DNA of 64,000 nt. It comes from a bacterium (GTDB taxonomy: Bacteria > SM23-81 > DAOVCL01). A program made the translations under genes and the position numbers. Positions 8,565 to 18,091 of this stretch are shown one piece after another. The stretch spans positions 12,423 through 76,422 of the forward strand of contig JAOZPP010000005.1 of NCBI GenBank assembly GCA_029932675.1. Direction: 5' to 3'. Numbering within the stretch: the stretch's first letter is position 1; every line of letters starts with the position of its first letter. The notes beneath the pieces are model-generated. The model searched no databases. It saw only the letters and a program-made list of their open reading frames with translations, and had not been told where the DNA came from.

Positions 8565-9080
8565 ATGCCCATAGAGGGATTATTTACCAGTATGGGGATA
8601 AGTGCCTCTGGCCTCCTTGCCCAGAGGGTGAGGATGAATGCCATTGCCTCAAACATTGCCAATGTAAACACAACTAAGACCCCGGAGGGGGGTCCATATA
8701 GGAGACAATGGGTTGCCCTTGTTGCCAGTGGGCAAGGGGGATTCCTCATCCCCGAAGGAGATTACCCTCCCCTTTCCCTATCACTTCCCCTGGTTTCCAC
8801 CAACCGGGCCCACCTTCCGCGAGAAGGGCTTCATCCTATAGCACGAAGGCCAATGGGGGTTAAGGTGAAGGGGGTGATTAGGGAAGAAGGGGACTTTAAA
8901 CGGATATATGATCCCCAGAATCCCGAGGCAGATGAAGACGGATGGGTGACTATGCCGAATATAGATCTGGCCACTGAAATGGTGGATATGATAACGGCAA
9001 CAAGGGCCTATGAGGCAAATGTCACCGCATTCAACGCAGCGAAGCACATGGCTTTGAAATCAATGGAGATTGTAAGGTAG
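8565..9080 (+). CDS. flgC: Flagellar basal-body rod protein FlgC (with ~30-aa internal insertion)
   Basis: N-terminus ...SASGLLAQRVRMNAIASNIANVNTTKTPEGGPYRRQ and C-terminus DEDGWVTMPNIDLATEMVDMITATRAYEANVTAF match the conserved FlgC ends. Confidence 0.9.
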   Translation: MPIEGLFTSMGISASGLLAQRVRMNAIASNIANVNTTKTPEGGPYRRQWVALVASGQGGFLIPEGDYPPLSLSLPLVSTNRAHLPREGLHPIARRPMGVKVKGVIREEGDFKRIYDPQNPEADEDGWVTMPNIDLATEMVDMITATRAYEANVTAFNAAKHMALKSMEIVR

Positions 9081-9084
9081 AGAA

Positions 9085-9375
9085 ATGGATGGTATATCGA
9101 AATTATCGTCCCTTTCCGGGCTCTTCAAATCGCCTCCAGGGCCAAAGCCCGATAAGGAGTCCTTCAAGAAGACGCTCTTAGGATATATAGACCAGATTAA
9201 CGAGCTCCAAAATCGAGCTGACAAATCCATTGAGAAGCTTATCTCCGGTGAGGCGAAGGATCTCCATCAAGTGATGATCGCCGCTGAAGAGGCCTCTATA
9301 AGCTTTCAATTGATGATGGAGCTACGGAACAAGATATTGGATGCTTACCACGAAGTGATGAGGATTCAAGTTTAA
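9085..9375 (+). CDS. fliE: Flagellar hook-basal body complex protein FliE
   Basis: 96 aa, immediately after flgC, with C-terminus LHQVMIAAEEASISFQLMMELRNKILDAYHEVMRI typical of FliE. Confidence 0.85.
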   Translation: MDGISKLSSLSGLFKSPPGPKPDKESFKKTLLGYIDQINELQNRADKSIEKLISGEAKDLHQVMIAAEEASISFQLMMELRNKILDAYHEVMRIQV

Positions 9376-9556
9376 CGAAGCCTCGCCTTCCCGCTCCAAG
9401 AGGGCAAATTAACGAGTGCAGCGATATGGGTTAGGCGAAGCTTAGGATGGAGGATCAAGAATGACAGAGATTCGTAACCGGGAAGAATCAGGGCCTCAGC
9501 CCAATTGCTTTTGCTTCCCGCTTTGCCTTATGAAGTGGTTCAATCGGGAGTAGGAA

Positions 9557-11035
9557 ATGGGATCCTGGCAACAGTTGACTAAGGCAGCACAAAGGCTCAG
9601 TATAGGGCAGAAGTTGGCTATGGGAGCCGTTTGCCTCCTCGTCCTCCTCAGCATCATATTTGCCCTCCATTGGGCGAAGAGGCCGGATTTTGCTCCCCTC
9701 TATACCAACCTCTCCCCTCAGGATGCTGCCCAGATGGTGGATAAACTGAGGTCAGCGAAGATACCCTATAGGTTAGCTGCCGGGGGGACGACGATTATGG
9801 TTCCCTCTAAGGATGTCTACCAGACGAGAATAAGCTTGGCCTCTGAAGGTCTTCCTCAGGCAAGCACGGTGGGATTTGAGATCTTTGATAAGACGAACCT
9901 GGGAACAACCGATTTTGTGCAGAAGATCAACTACCATCGAGCATTAGAAGGGGAACTCACCAGGACCATTGAGCAATTGGCCGCGGTTCAATCGGCCAGG
10001 GTGCACCTCGTCATCCCCAATCCCAGCCTTTTTGCCCAAGAGCAGAGGGAGGCTACAGCATCCGTTGTCTTGAATTTGGCGGGAGGGGGGAGGCTTAACC
10101 AAAATCAAGTTAAGGGGATAACTCATCTCGTGGCCAGTTCAGTGGAGGGTTTGAAGCCAGAGAATGTGACCATCTTGGATAGTTGGGGGAATATCCTTTC
10201 CGGTGGAGATGGGGAGGAAAATTCCCTTTTTACCCTGACCAGCAACCAATTGGACCTGCAGAAGAACGTGGAGAGTTACCTCTCCCATAAGGCCTTGGCT
10301 ATGTTGGAAAAGGCAGTAGGGGTGGGGAATGCCATAGTGAAGGTGAATGTGGAGCTCGATTTCAAGAACATAGAGAAGACTGTGGAGAGTTACGATCCGG
10401 AGAGCTCGGTGATCAGAAGTGAGGAGAGGAACGAACAGACCTCAGCTTCCCAAGGGGGAAAGAGCGAAAGTTCTATTACCAATTACGAGATCTCCAAGAC
10501 AGTGGAACATATAGTGGATAAGACCGGAAACATAGAGAAGCTCTGGGCTTCCGTTCTCATAAATGGAACCTACATCAGCAAAAAAGGGAAAAAGGGAAAG
10601 GAAATAAAGGTATATCAGCCGAGGTCGGAAGAGGAAATCGGTCGGCTGACTGAAATAGTGAAGAAGGCCATTGGCTTTGATCCCGCCCGCGGCGACCAAA
10701 TTGAGGTGGCCAATATCCAGTTTGGAACTTCCCCTCAGCCAGCTCAGGTCAATTTGAAACCCTCTCCCCTGGCGAGGATGGGGTCTGGGATGGGGAGGAA
10801 AGTTTTGATAGGGATTATTTTAGTTGTGGCCCTCTTCTTTTTAAAGCTTGCCCTTAAGCAATTGGGGGAGATAGCCTCCTCCCTTCAGCCCACCCCTTCA
10901 GCCCCCACTATGGGTGGAGGGGAGGAAGGGGAGAAGGAGGTTAGATATGATCCCAAGGCGGAGATAATCAAGATGGCCAACGAGAAACCGGACCAACTGG
11001 CCTCTTTAGTGAGGAGTTGGCTAACCAAAGAATAG
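9557..11035 (+). CDS. fliF: Flagellar M-ring protein FliF
   Basis: 492 aa. It has an N-terminal TM segment, FDPARGDQIEV, and a C-terminal TM segment plus FliG-binding tail. It sits in the position expected between fliE and fliG. Confidence 0.9.
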   Translation: MGSWQQLTKAAQRLSIGQKLAMGAVCLLVLLSIIFALHWAKRPDFAPLYTNLSPQDAAQMVDKLRSAKIPYRLAAGGTTIMVPSKDVYQTRISLASEGLPQASTVGFEIFDKTNLGTTDFVQKINYHRALEGELTRTIEQLAAVQSARVHLVIPNPSLFAQEQREATASVVLNLAGGGRLNQNQVKGITHLVASSVEGLKPENVTILDSWGNILSGGDGEENSLFTLTSNQLDLQKNVESYLSHKALAMLEKAVGVGNAIVKVNVELDFKNIEKTVESYDPESSVIRSEERNEQTSASQGGKSESSITNYEISKTVEHIVDKTGNIEKLWASVLINGTYISKKGKKGKEIKVYQPRSEEEIGRLTEIVKKAIGFDPARGDQIEVANIQFGTSPQPAQVNLKPSPLARMGSGMGRKVLIGIILVVALFFLKLALKQLGEIASSLQPTPSAPTMGGGEEGEKEVRYDPKAEIIKMANEKPDQLASLVRSWLTKE

Positions 11036-11039
11036 GGAG

Positions 11040-12062
11040 ATGGCTTTAGCGAAGGGGAAATTATCTGGAGCCCAGAAGGCTGCAGTGTTGCTGATAACTT
11101 TGGGGCCGGATGCTGCTTCGCAGGTCTTGAAGGAATTGAGCCAGACAGAGGCGCAAATGGTAGTGGGGGAGATAGCTAAACTCAAGGAGATACCTCCGGA
11201 GCTAAAGGATGAGGTGGTGGAGGAGTTCCTCGATGTCAGCCAGAGGAAAAATGAGGCAACCGAGGGGGGAACTGAATTTGCCAGTGAACTCCTCCGCAAG
11301 GCGATTGGGGGGAAGAAGGCCCAGGAGATGCTGCGCAAGGCCATGGAGGGGTATGAGATAAACCCCCTGGAGCTCATCAAAAGCAGTGAACCGGAGGAAC
11401 TCACCAAACATCTCCAGGAGGAACATCCCCAAATCATCGCCCTTATCCTTGCCTTTCTTCCCCGGGACTTGGCTTCGCAGGTCCTCTTAAACCTCCCTGA
11501 GGAGACCTCCCGGGATGTTATTAAAAGGATGGCGGTCACGGAGAGGATCTCCCCTCAGATAATAAAGGAGGTAACTGACCTCCTTGGCGAGAAGTTGGAC
11601 ACGGGCTCCGCTTTGGGGGTGGAGGCCTTTGATGGGGTGAAGACAGCGGCTGAACTCTTGAGCTTCTTGGGAGCTTCAACGGCAAAGGATATACTTGACG
11701 ATCTGGAGAAGGTGAATCCGGAGATGGCCCAGAAGATGCAGGAGTTCCTCTTTATGTTTGATGATATAGCCCATCTGGATGATCGTTCGGTGCAGAGGTT
11801 GCTTAAGGAGATCGATACCAAGCAGTTAACTTTTGCTTTGAAGGCAGCAAGCGAGGAGGTGAAAAAGCGCTTCCTGCAGAATATGTCGGAGAGGGCTCAA
11901 GAGGCTCTCAGGGAGGATATGGAGCTGTTGGGCCCGGTGAGGGTCTCGGAGGTGGAGGAGGCTCAGAGGGCTATAGCTGCAACGGTGCGGAATCTCTCCT
12001 ATGCTGGGGAGATAATCATCCCCCGAAAGGGGGGTGAGGGAGGAGGGGATGAGTATGTATAA
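11040..12062 (+). CDS. fliG: Flagellar motor switch protein FliG
   Basis: 340 aa with LTGAQKAAVLLITLG..., MFVFDD-like FLFMFDDIAHLDDRSVQRLLKEID and a C-terminal motor-contact domain. Confidence 0.9.
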   Translation: MALAKGKLSGAQKAAVLLITLGPDAASQVLKELSQTEAQMVVGEIAKLKEIPPELKDEVVEEFLDVSQRKNEATEGGTEFASELLRKAIGGKKAQEMLRKAMEGYEINPLELIKSSEPEELTKHLQEEHPQIIALILAFLPRDLASQVLLNLPEETSRDVIKRMAVTERISPQIIKEVTDLLGEKLDTGSALGVEAFDGVKTAAELLSFLGASTAKDILDDLEKVNPEMAQKMQEFLFMFDDIAHLDDRSVQRLLKEIDTKQLTFALKAASEEVKKRFLQNMSERAQEALREDMELLGPVRVSEVEEAQRAIAATVRNLSYAGEIIIPRKGGEGGGDEYV

Positions 12063-12657
12063 TAAGGTGATAAAAAGCAAGATACCACCCGTGGGGATCA
12101 GGGTGGTGGGAGGAAACTTGAGCCCTTCCCCTCCACCCCTTCCTTTGCCTCAGAAGCCACAGTCCTCTTCAGCATCAAATTACCAGAAGGGATTTGAGGA
12201 GGGGAAGAGGGAGGGCCTGAGGTTGGGCAGAGATGAGGTAGCTCAAGTAGTTTCTCAACTTAAGGCCATCTCAGGGGCCATCCTGGAAGCGAAAAAGGAG
12301 ATCATCAATCAAGCCCAAAGGGAAGTGGTGGAGCTGGCTCTGGCCATAGCGAAGAGGGTGGTGAGGGCCAATGTACAGGTTAATAAGGAAATAATCATCA
12401 ATATGGTTGAGGAGACCCTGCGGCGGACAGTGGATAGGGAGAGGATCGTCATCAGGGTTAATCCAAGCGATGTGGAGGTGATAAAGTCAAATCGCTCCCA
12501 GTATACCTCCTCAATTGAGGGGATAGAGAACTTGGAGATAGTCGCTGATCGGAGGGTTTCACCAGGTGGCTGTGTGGTGGAGACGAACACGGGGAGCGTA
12601 GTTGCTGACATCGATGCTCAATTGGAGGAGATAAAGGAGAAACTTATTGGAAGCTGA
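12034..12657 (+). CDS. fliH: Flagellar assembly protein FliH
   Basis: Charged coiled-coil N-half (EEGKREGLRLGRDE...) and FliH C-domain. It overlaps fliG, and the true start may be the ATG at ~12049. Confidence 0.75.
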   Translation: MREEGMSMYNKVIKSKIPPVGIRVVGGNLSPSPPPLPLPQKPQSSSASNYQKGFEEGKREGLRLGRDEVAQVVSQLKAISGAILEAKKEIINQAQREVVELALAIAKRVVRANVQVNKEIIINMVEETLRRTVDRERIVIRVNPSDVEVIKSNRSQYTSSIEGIENLEIVADRRVSPGGCVVETNTGSVVADIDAQLEEIKEKLIGS

Positions 12658-14020
12658 AATGGATTTAGAGAAATACCTAAAAGCCATCGAGAGGATAGAT
12701 CCCATAAAACAGAGGGGAAAGGTGACCCAAGTAGTGGGATTGTTGATAGAGTCGTTGGGCCCTTCGGTCTCAGTGGGGGAGATCTGTGATTTGGTTTACA
12801 GTAGAACGGCAAAACCGGTAAAATCTGAAGTGGTAGGTTTTAAGGAAAGGAAGGTTCTCCTGATGCCCCTTGGGCCAATGCTGGGGATTGGCCCGGGAAC
12901 AGAGGTAGTGGCTACCCACCAGGCCCTTTCTGTGGGGGTAGGAAGGGAGCTTTTGGGGAGGATCCTCAATGGTTTGGGGGAGCCGATGGATGGTAAAGGC
13001 CCCCTGGTGACCAGCCAGAGGAGGTCTGTATATGCGTCTCCGCCCCACCCCTTGGAGAGGAAAAGGATTAAGGAACCTTTGCCCACTGGAATTAGGGCCA
13101 TTGATGGTCTGCTTACCTGTGGAAAGGGACAGAGGGTAGGAATATTTGCTGGTAGCGGAGTGGGAAAGTCCGTCCTCTTAGGGATGATTGCCAAAAAGAG
13201 CGAGGCCGCCGTCAATGTCATTGGACTTATTGGGGAGAGGGGGAGGGAGGTAAGGGACTTTATAGAGAGGGATCTGGGGGAGGAAGGGTTGAAGAGGTCT
13301 GTTGTCGTAGTGGCCACCTCAGATCAGCCTCCCTTGATTAGGTTAAAGGGTGCTCTGGTGGCCACCACTATAGCGGAGTTCTTTCGGGATGAGGGGTTTG
13401 ATGTGATGTTGATGATGGATTCGGTGACCAGGATCGCCATGGCCCAAAGGGAGATTGGGCTAGCCATTGGTGAACCACCCACTTCAAAGGGGTATACCCC
13501 TTCTACCTTCGCCTTTTTGCCCCAGTTCTTAGAACGGGCGGGAAATTCCCATCGGGGAAGCATCACCGGCCTCTATACCATATTGGTAGAAGGGGATGAT
13601 ATGAACGAGCCCATCTCCGATGCCTGCCGGGCAATACTTGATGGGCATATAGCCCTCTCGCGTAAATTGGCTTCTCAGAACCACTATCCGGCCATCGATG
13701 TGTTGGAGAGCGTTTCCCGGGTAATGATAGATGTGGTTGGGCCTGAACATATGGAGGCAGCCAAGAAGCTACACGAGGCCTTGGCTACTTACCGGGATTC
13801 CGAGGATCTGATAAACATTGGGGCATATGTGCCTGGATCGAACAAAAGGATAGACTACTCCATCTCTATGATCGATCGGATCAACTCCTTTCTCAAACAG
13901 GATATTGAGGAGGACACTGGATATGAGGAGACGGTTGATCGGCTGATCGGGATGTTCAAGTTCAATCCGGCCCAGGAGATTACCCCTCCTGAGAAGGACC
14001 TGGCCCAGAGGGTAGGATGA
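12647..14020 (+). CDS. fliI: Flagellum-specific ATP synthase FliI
   Basis: Walker A GSGVGKS, Walker B, and an F1/T3SS ATPase fold. A TTG at 12647 and an ATG at 12659 are both possible starts. Confidence 0.9.
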   Translation: MEAEMDLEKYLKAIERIDPIKQRGKVTQVVGLLIESLGPSVSVGEICDLVYSRTAKPVKSEVVGFKERKVLLMPLGPMLGIGPGTEVVATHQALSVGVGRELLGRILNGLGEPMDGKGPLVTSQRRSVYASPPHPLERKRIKEPLPTGIRAIDGLLTCGKGQRVGIFAGSGVGKSVLLGMIAKKSEAAVNVIGLIGERGREVRDFIERDLGEEGLKRSVVVVATSDQPPLIRLKGALVATTIAEFFRDEGFDVMLMMDSVTRIAMAQREIGLAIGEPPTSKGYTPSTFAFLPQFLERAGNSHRGSITGLYTILVEGDDMNEPISDACRAILDGHIALSRKLASQNHYPAIDVLESVSRVMIDVVGPEHMEAAKKLHEALATYRDSEDLINIGAYVPGSNKRIDYSISMIDRINSFLKQDIEEDTGYEETVDRLIGMFKFNPAQEITPPEKDLAQRVG

Positions 14021-14469
14021 AACGTTTTAACTTCAGGTTAAAGAAGGTTCTCAAACACAGGGAGATCTTGGAGAACTTAGAGAAGGAGAGGTTGGGAAGG
14101 GTCAAATCAGAGCTGAAAAGGGAGACGGAGTTATTGAAGGAGATGGAAGACACGAGAAGGAGGGCAAGGGAAAAGTTGAGGGAGAGGAGGGAGGAAGAGA
14201 TTAACCTTCCCGAAGCCCTGATCTATGAGGCATTCCTGGAGAGGATGGACGAGGAGGTTAACCTCCAGGCGGCGAAGGCTGCCCAACTTACCCAGAAGGT
14301 GGAGGAAACCAGGGAGGACCTCCTGCGTGCCTCTAAGCGAAAGAAGATTGTGGAGAAATTGAAGGAGAGGAAAAAAGCTGAATATGCCTCCGAGGTGAGG
14401 AGGTTTGAGCAGGGGATAAGCGATGAAGCCTCGATCAACCGGTTCAATCGTAAAGCGGGGGAAAAATGA
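14017..14469 (+). CDS. fliJ: Flagellar export chaperone-like protein FliJ
   Basis: 150-aa charged coiled-coil (MKRFNFRLKKVLKHREILENLEKERL...), translationally coupled to fliI. Confidence 0.7.
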   Translation: MKRFNFRLKKVLKHREILENLEKERLGRVKSELKRETELLKEMEDTRRRAREKLRERREEEINLPEALIYEAFLERMDEEVNLQAAKAAQLTQKVEETREDLLRASKRKKIVEKLKERKKAEYASEVRRFEQGISDEASINRFNRKAGEK

Positions 14470-15044
14470 TGAAGAAGGTAATTTTGAACCTTATCCTCAC
14501 CCTGGTCATCTTTATCGGGATGATGATGGCCACTGGGGTAATGCAGAAGCAACTGTTGCCGGTGCTAAGATTGAAGAAGGAGTTGGCGAAAGGCTCCCCA
14601 GCCCAGCGAGGTGAGGCAGCAGGTGATACCCTCTTGGCAGAGCAGAGTTCACCTCCAGATTCGGCCACTCTGATGCGCAAAGAGATAGAGGCCCAGAGGA
14701 AGGAGATAGCCGCCAAGCTGGCTGCATTGCGGAAAAGGGAGAAGGAGGTCTCCCAACGGGAGCAGAAAATAGAAGAGGAACTTGCCCAACTTAAGAGCTT
14801 AAAAGAAGAGCTCAACGCAACGGCCAGCACTCAGGCCTCCAAGTTGGCCAAGGCATTTCAGGCGATGGATGCGGGTCAGGCAGCAAAGATAGCCGGAAAC
14901 CTTGATGATCGAACGCTAACCGACCTTTTGCTGCAGTTAAGGGAGAGGAATGCGGCCAAGATACTTGCTGCCTTGGACCCTTCCCGTGCAGCCCGCATCT
15001 ACAAAAGTTTGAGTAGCAAAGATCTACAGGCCTCAAGCCAATGA
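14466..15044 (+). CDS. FlbB / MotE-like flagellar protein (N-terminal TM + MgtE-N-like domain), ylxF-position gene
   Basis: One TM helix, then a coiled-coil, then MDAGQAAKIAGNLDDRTLTDLLLQLRERNAAKILAALDPSRAARIY (MgtE_N-like). Same position as B. subtilis ylxF. Confidence 0.6.
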   Translation: MMKKVILNLILTLVIFIGMMMATGVMQKQLLPVLRLKKELAKGSPAQRGEAAGDTLLAEQSSPPDSATLMRKEIEAQRKEIAAKLAALRKREKEVSQREQKIEEELAQLKSLKEELNATASTQASKLAKAFQAMDAGQAAKIAGNLDDRTLTDLLLQLRERNAAKILAALDPSRAARIYKSLSSKDLQASSQ

Positions 15045-15117
15045 AGCCATCTATAATGAGAGAAGCCCCCCTCCTCACCGGAGAGGGTGAAAATTAACCA
15101 AAGGTGAGTTTCGCAAG

Positions 15118-16872
15118 ATGAACCAGTCTGTGTTGAACATATCGCCACCTCCGTCTGAGGGGGAAGTCCATTCCCTCAGGAGGAAGAGGAGGGGTTCAAC
15201 CAAGTTCCAGGACCTTGTTCTGGGGCCAACTCAAGAGGGCTCAGTACTCGAGGGCAACAGGGTTGACCCGTTTTCAGGAGGGGAAGAGGACCCCACTAAC
15301 TGCATCCAGGAATCCGCTAAGGGGCAGTCCTTCTGGGGAGGAGATCTCTCCAAGGTTTTCCCTCAAGGGGGAAGGGTTAGGGGTGGTAAGGCCTTCCTCT
15401 CCCTTTTGAAGGGAACCCAGCCCAAAGGAGCAGATCTTCCTTCCATCCCTGAAAAGCAGAATTCAGAGGGGGGAGGAAAGCCCGCCATTGGGCCAGATGG
15501 CCCCCTCTCTCCTGGGGTAAAGCCGCGTTCATTGAGGCTTTCATCCCTCTGGCCAAAGGGGAATAGAGGCAAAGCAGTGGCTGCGTTTCCACCTATAAGT
15601 CATTTGCCTTCAACCTCAAACATTTCCCCTTCCCCCTCTCTGAATTTTAAAGCTGCCCTCTTAGGAGCAGGCCTTCCAGCCACCATTGCAACCCCCACTC
15701 CTCCAGGTTATCAATGTCTAAAGGTTCCCTCTCAGGGTGATCCGCAAGGCCTTACTTCCTCACCGCGGGTCCAGCAGGGTATTCCTCCGGCAGATCTAAA
15801 GGCCAGGTTGGGAGAAACCGCTTGGGCTATCAATGATGGTTCGGCTTCCTCCAGGGGATTGAGGGCTGGGAAGAGCGGAACCCCTCACTCTCAGGGGGCC
15901 TCTCCGCTCTCCCCAATAAAGGTTGAGGTGGTAGAGAGACCACCATCCCAACTTACCCTCATCCTCCGCTCCTCTCGAGCTGATGGCCCATTGAGGTTGG
16001 AGGTAAACCTTTCTCAGGTGGATTCCTTCTTGAATAGGGTAATGATGAAGTCCCTCGAGAAGGCAGTTGGCTGGGGAGGTAAAGGATGCGAGTTGACCAT
16101 TAGGTCGGAAAATGGCTTAAGCGATAAGCCCCAACTCAATTTTACCTTTAAGGAAGGGAAGATCATTGGAGAGGTAACCCTTTCCGATCAGAGGGTGAAG
16201 GGGATCATTAACCAGGCCCTGCCCCAACTGAAGAGGGCTTTGAGCCAGGTTGGGATAGAGGTGGACAGCCTCCAGGTATCTCTACCTACCCCTCAGCGGA
16301 GGAGATCGCCGCAGGCTTCATCAAAGCATTCATCTGCCCCCTCCCAGGCTGAGGAGGCAAAGGCTTTTAGGCTAAACTTCCCTTCGTCACCAGTGAGGTT
16401 ACCGGCTGCCCTCTCTCACCACCAGCAATCACCCATCTCCTCCCCTCAGGTCAAGGGCTTGAACCCCCTGATAGATCAGCTTATCGGAAAGCTTAAGGTA
16501 AACCTCCAGCAGGGGAGATCAGAGGCTACGGTGGCTTTAAAGCCCGATTATTTGGGAAACCTCCAGATAAAGTTAACCTTAGAGGGGAAGAATATCGTGG
16601 GGAAGATTCTGGTTGATAATCCCCTAACCAAGAGTTTGATTCAAAGCTCTTTGCCCCAACTCAGGGACTCCCTCACCCATTTGGGTATTCAGGTTCAGAA
16701 CTTTGATGTCGCCGTTGGAGGGAAATTTCCTTCCCCTCAGCGAAGGTCGACCTCACGGGGGAAGAGGGAGAAGCTTCCCCCCTATTCCAAACCGCTTCCC
16801 TCCCTTCATTCCCTTTCCCCTGTTTTGGGGGTGAATATGGCTGCCGGAGGGGGGGTGGATTACTTGGCTTGA
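15118..16872 (+). CDS. fliK: Flagellar hook-length control protein FliK with two tandem Flg_hook-type C-terminal domains
   Basis: Pro/Ser/Gly-rich N-half, then two segments matching the FliK C-domain pattern (...LTIRSENGLSDKPQLNFTFKEGKIIGEVTLSDQRVKGIINQALPQLKRALSQVGIEV... and ...ATVALKPDYLGNLQIKLTLEGKNIVGKILVDNPLTKSLIQSSLPQLRDSLTHLGIQV...). Confidence 0.75.
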   Translation: MNQSVLNISPPPSEGEVHSLRRKRRGSTKFQDLVLGPTQEGSVLEGNRVDPFSGGEEDPTNCIQESAKGQSFWGGDLSKVFPQGGRVRGGKAFLSLLKGTQPKGADLPSIPEKQNSEGGGKPAIGPDGPLSPGVKPRSLRLSSLWPKGNRGKAVAAFPPISHLPSTSNISPSPSLNFKAALLGAGLPATIATPTPPGYQCLKVPSQGDPQGLTSSPRVQQGIPPADLKARLGETAWAINDGSASSRGLRAGKSGTPHSQGASPLSPIKVEVVERPPSQLTLILRSSRADGPLRLEVNLSQVDSFLNRVMMKSLEKAVGWGGKGCELTIRSENGLSDKPQLNFTFKEGKIIGEVTLSDQRVKGIINQALPQLKRALSQVGIEVDSLQVSLPTPQRRRSPQASSKHSSAPSQAEEAKAFRLNFPSSPVRLPAALSHHQQSPISSPQVKGLNPLIDQLIGKLKVNLQQGRSEATVALKPDYLGNLQIKLTLEGKNIVGKILVDNPLTKSLIQSSLPQLRDSLTHLGIQVQNFDVAVGGKFPSPQRRSTSRGKREKLPPYSKPLPSLHSLSPVLGVNMAAGGGVDYLA

Positions 16873-16947
16873 TCCACCGAATGACCAGTTAACAACAAAC
16901 AATTGTTAATTAACAAACGAAAACAGTTGGAAAGGAGGTGAAAGGAT

Positions 16948-17610
16948 ATGAGCAATGAATCCATTGCTCCACTCAGCTTAGGAGCCGATCAGACCCTTTA
17001 CTCCATGGGGGGAACAACTCTGGGAAAGGAGGATTTCCTCAAGCTCCTCATCACCCAGCTCCAGTATCAAGATCCGCTAAGTCCCCTGAACAACCAGGAG
17101 TTTATGGCTGAACTGGCCCAATTTAGCTCCTTGGAGCAGCTTCAGAACGTCAACTCCAACCTCCAGACAAGTATGCTCCTCAGCCAGTCCCTCAACAACT
17201 CCTCAGCTACTAACTTGATCGGAAAGAGGGTCATAAGCTTGGGCAACCAGGTCTACTTGTCCGGTGAGGGAGGGGAGGAGATAACCTTTGACTTAGCTGA
17301 GGATGCAGGGGTCACCATAGAGATCTACGATGAGGAGGGAAATCTGATCAGGACCCTCAAAGGTGGCTCCCTCCCGGGAGGGAGAAACCAGATCCACTGG
17401 GATGGGGAGGATGGAGAGGGCAACCAGCTTCCTCCTGGCAACTACAGCTTTAAGGTTATAGCTGTTGACTCAGAGAGCAATGTGGTGGATGTAACCACCT
17501 ATAGCACAGGTTTGGTAGAGGGGGTAAGGTTCAAGGAGGGGAATGCTGTGCTCATATTGGGGGATGAGGAGATCAACCTCTCCGACATCGTAGAGGTCCT
17601 TAGGCCGTAG
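16948..17610 (+). CDS. flgD: Flagellar hook capping/assembly protein FlgD
   Basis: GKEDFLKLLITQLQYQDPLSPLNNQEFMAELAQFSSLEQLQNVN is the FlgD signature. Confidence 0.85.
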   Translation: MSNESIAPLSLGADQTLYSMGGTTLGKEDFLKLLITQLQYQDPLSPLNNQEFMAELAQFSSLEQLQNVNSNLQTSMLLSQSLNNSSATNLIGKRVISLGNQVYLSGEGGEEITFDLAEDAGVTIEIYDEEGNLIRTLKGGSLPGGRNQIHWDGEDGEGNQLPPGNYSFKVIAVDSESNVVDVTTYSTGLVEGVRFKEGNAVLILGDEEINLSDIVEVLRP

Positions 17611-17618
17611 GAAAGGAG

Positions 17619-18014
17619 GTGATGAGAGTGGTAGACCTAATCCACGGCACCCCTGCTGAGCCCTTAAATTACCCCTTCCTGCAGCAGGGAAAATGCGGAA
17701 GTTCTAATAGTACCTCCTACTTTCAGCAGATCCTTAGCCAGAAGCTGGAGGAAGGGAACCAGGACCTAAAGTTCTCCTCTCATGCAATTCAGAGGTTGGC
17801 TTCCCGGGAGATCAACCTCACCTCCTATGATCTGAGCAGGATCAACGGAGCTGTGGAAAGGGCAAAGGCGAAGGGGGCCAAGGATTCATTGGTTCTCTTA
17901 GGCAACTTGGCCTTTGTAGTCAGTGTGGAAAACAAGACAGTTATCACCGCCTTAGTCGATTCTTCCCTCCGGGAGAGGGTCTTTACCCAAATCGACAGTG
18001 CGGTGATAGCTTAA
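17619..18014 (+). CDS. Conserved flagellar-operon protein (TIGR02530-like, between flgD and flgE)
   Basis: 131 aa. Its position and size resemble the flgD-flgE intervening gene of Firmicutes and spirochaetes. The assignment rests on context only. Confidence 0.45.
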   Translation: MMRVVDLIHGTPAEPLNYPFLQQGKCGSSNSTSYFQQILSQKLEEGNQDLKFSSHAIQRLASREINLTSYDLSRINGAVERAKAKGAKDSLVLLGNLAFVVSVENKTVITALVDSSLRERVFTQIDSAVIA

Positions 18015-18091
18015 AACCGGGCTGGACCCCTTTGGGGAGGCCCAGGGCTGCTGAACGAATGAAGCAGCCCAGAAGAAGGGGGTAGATTAAA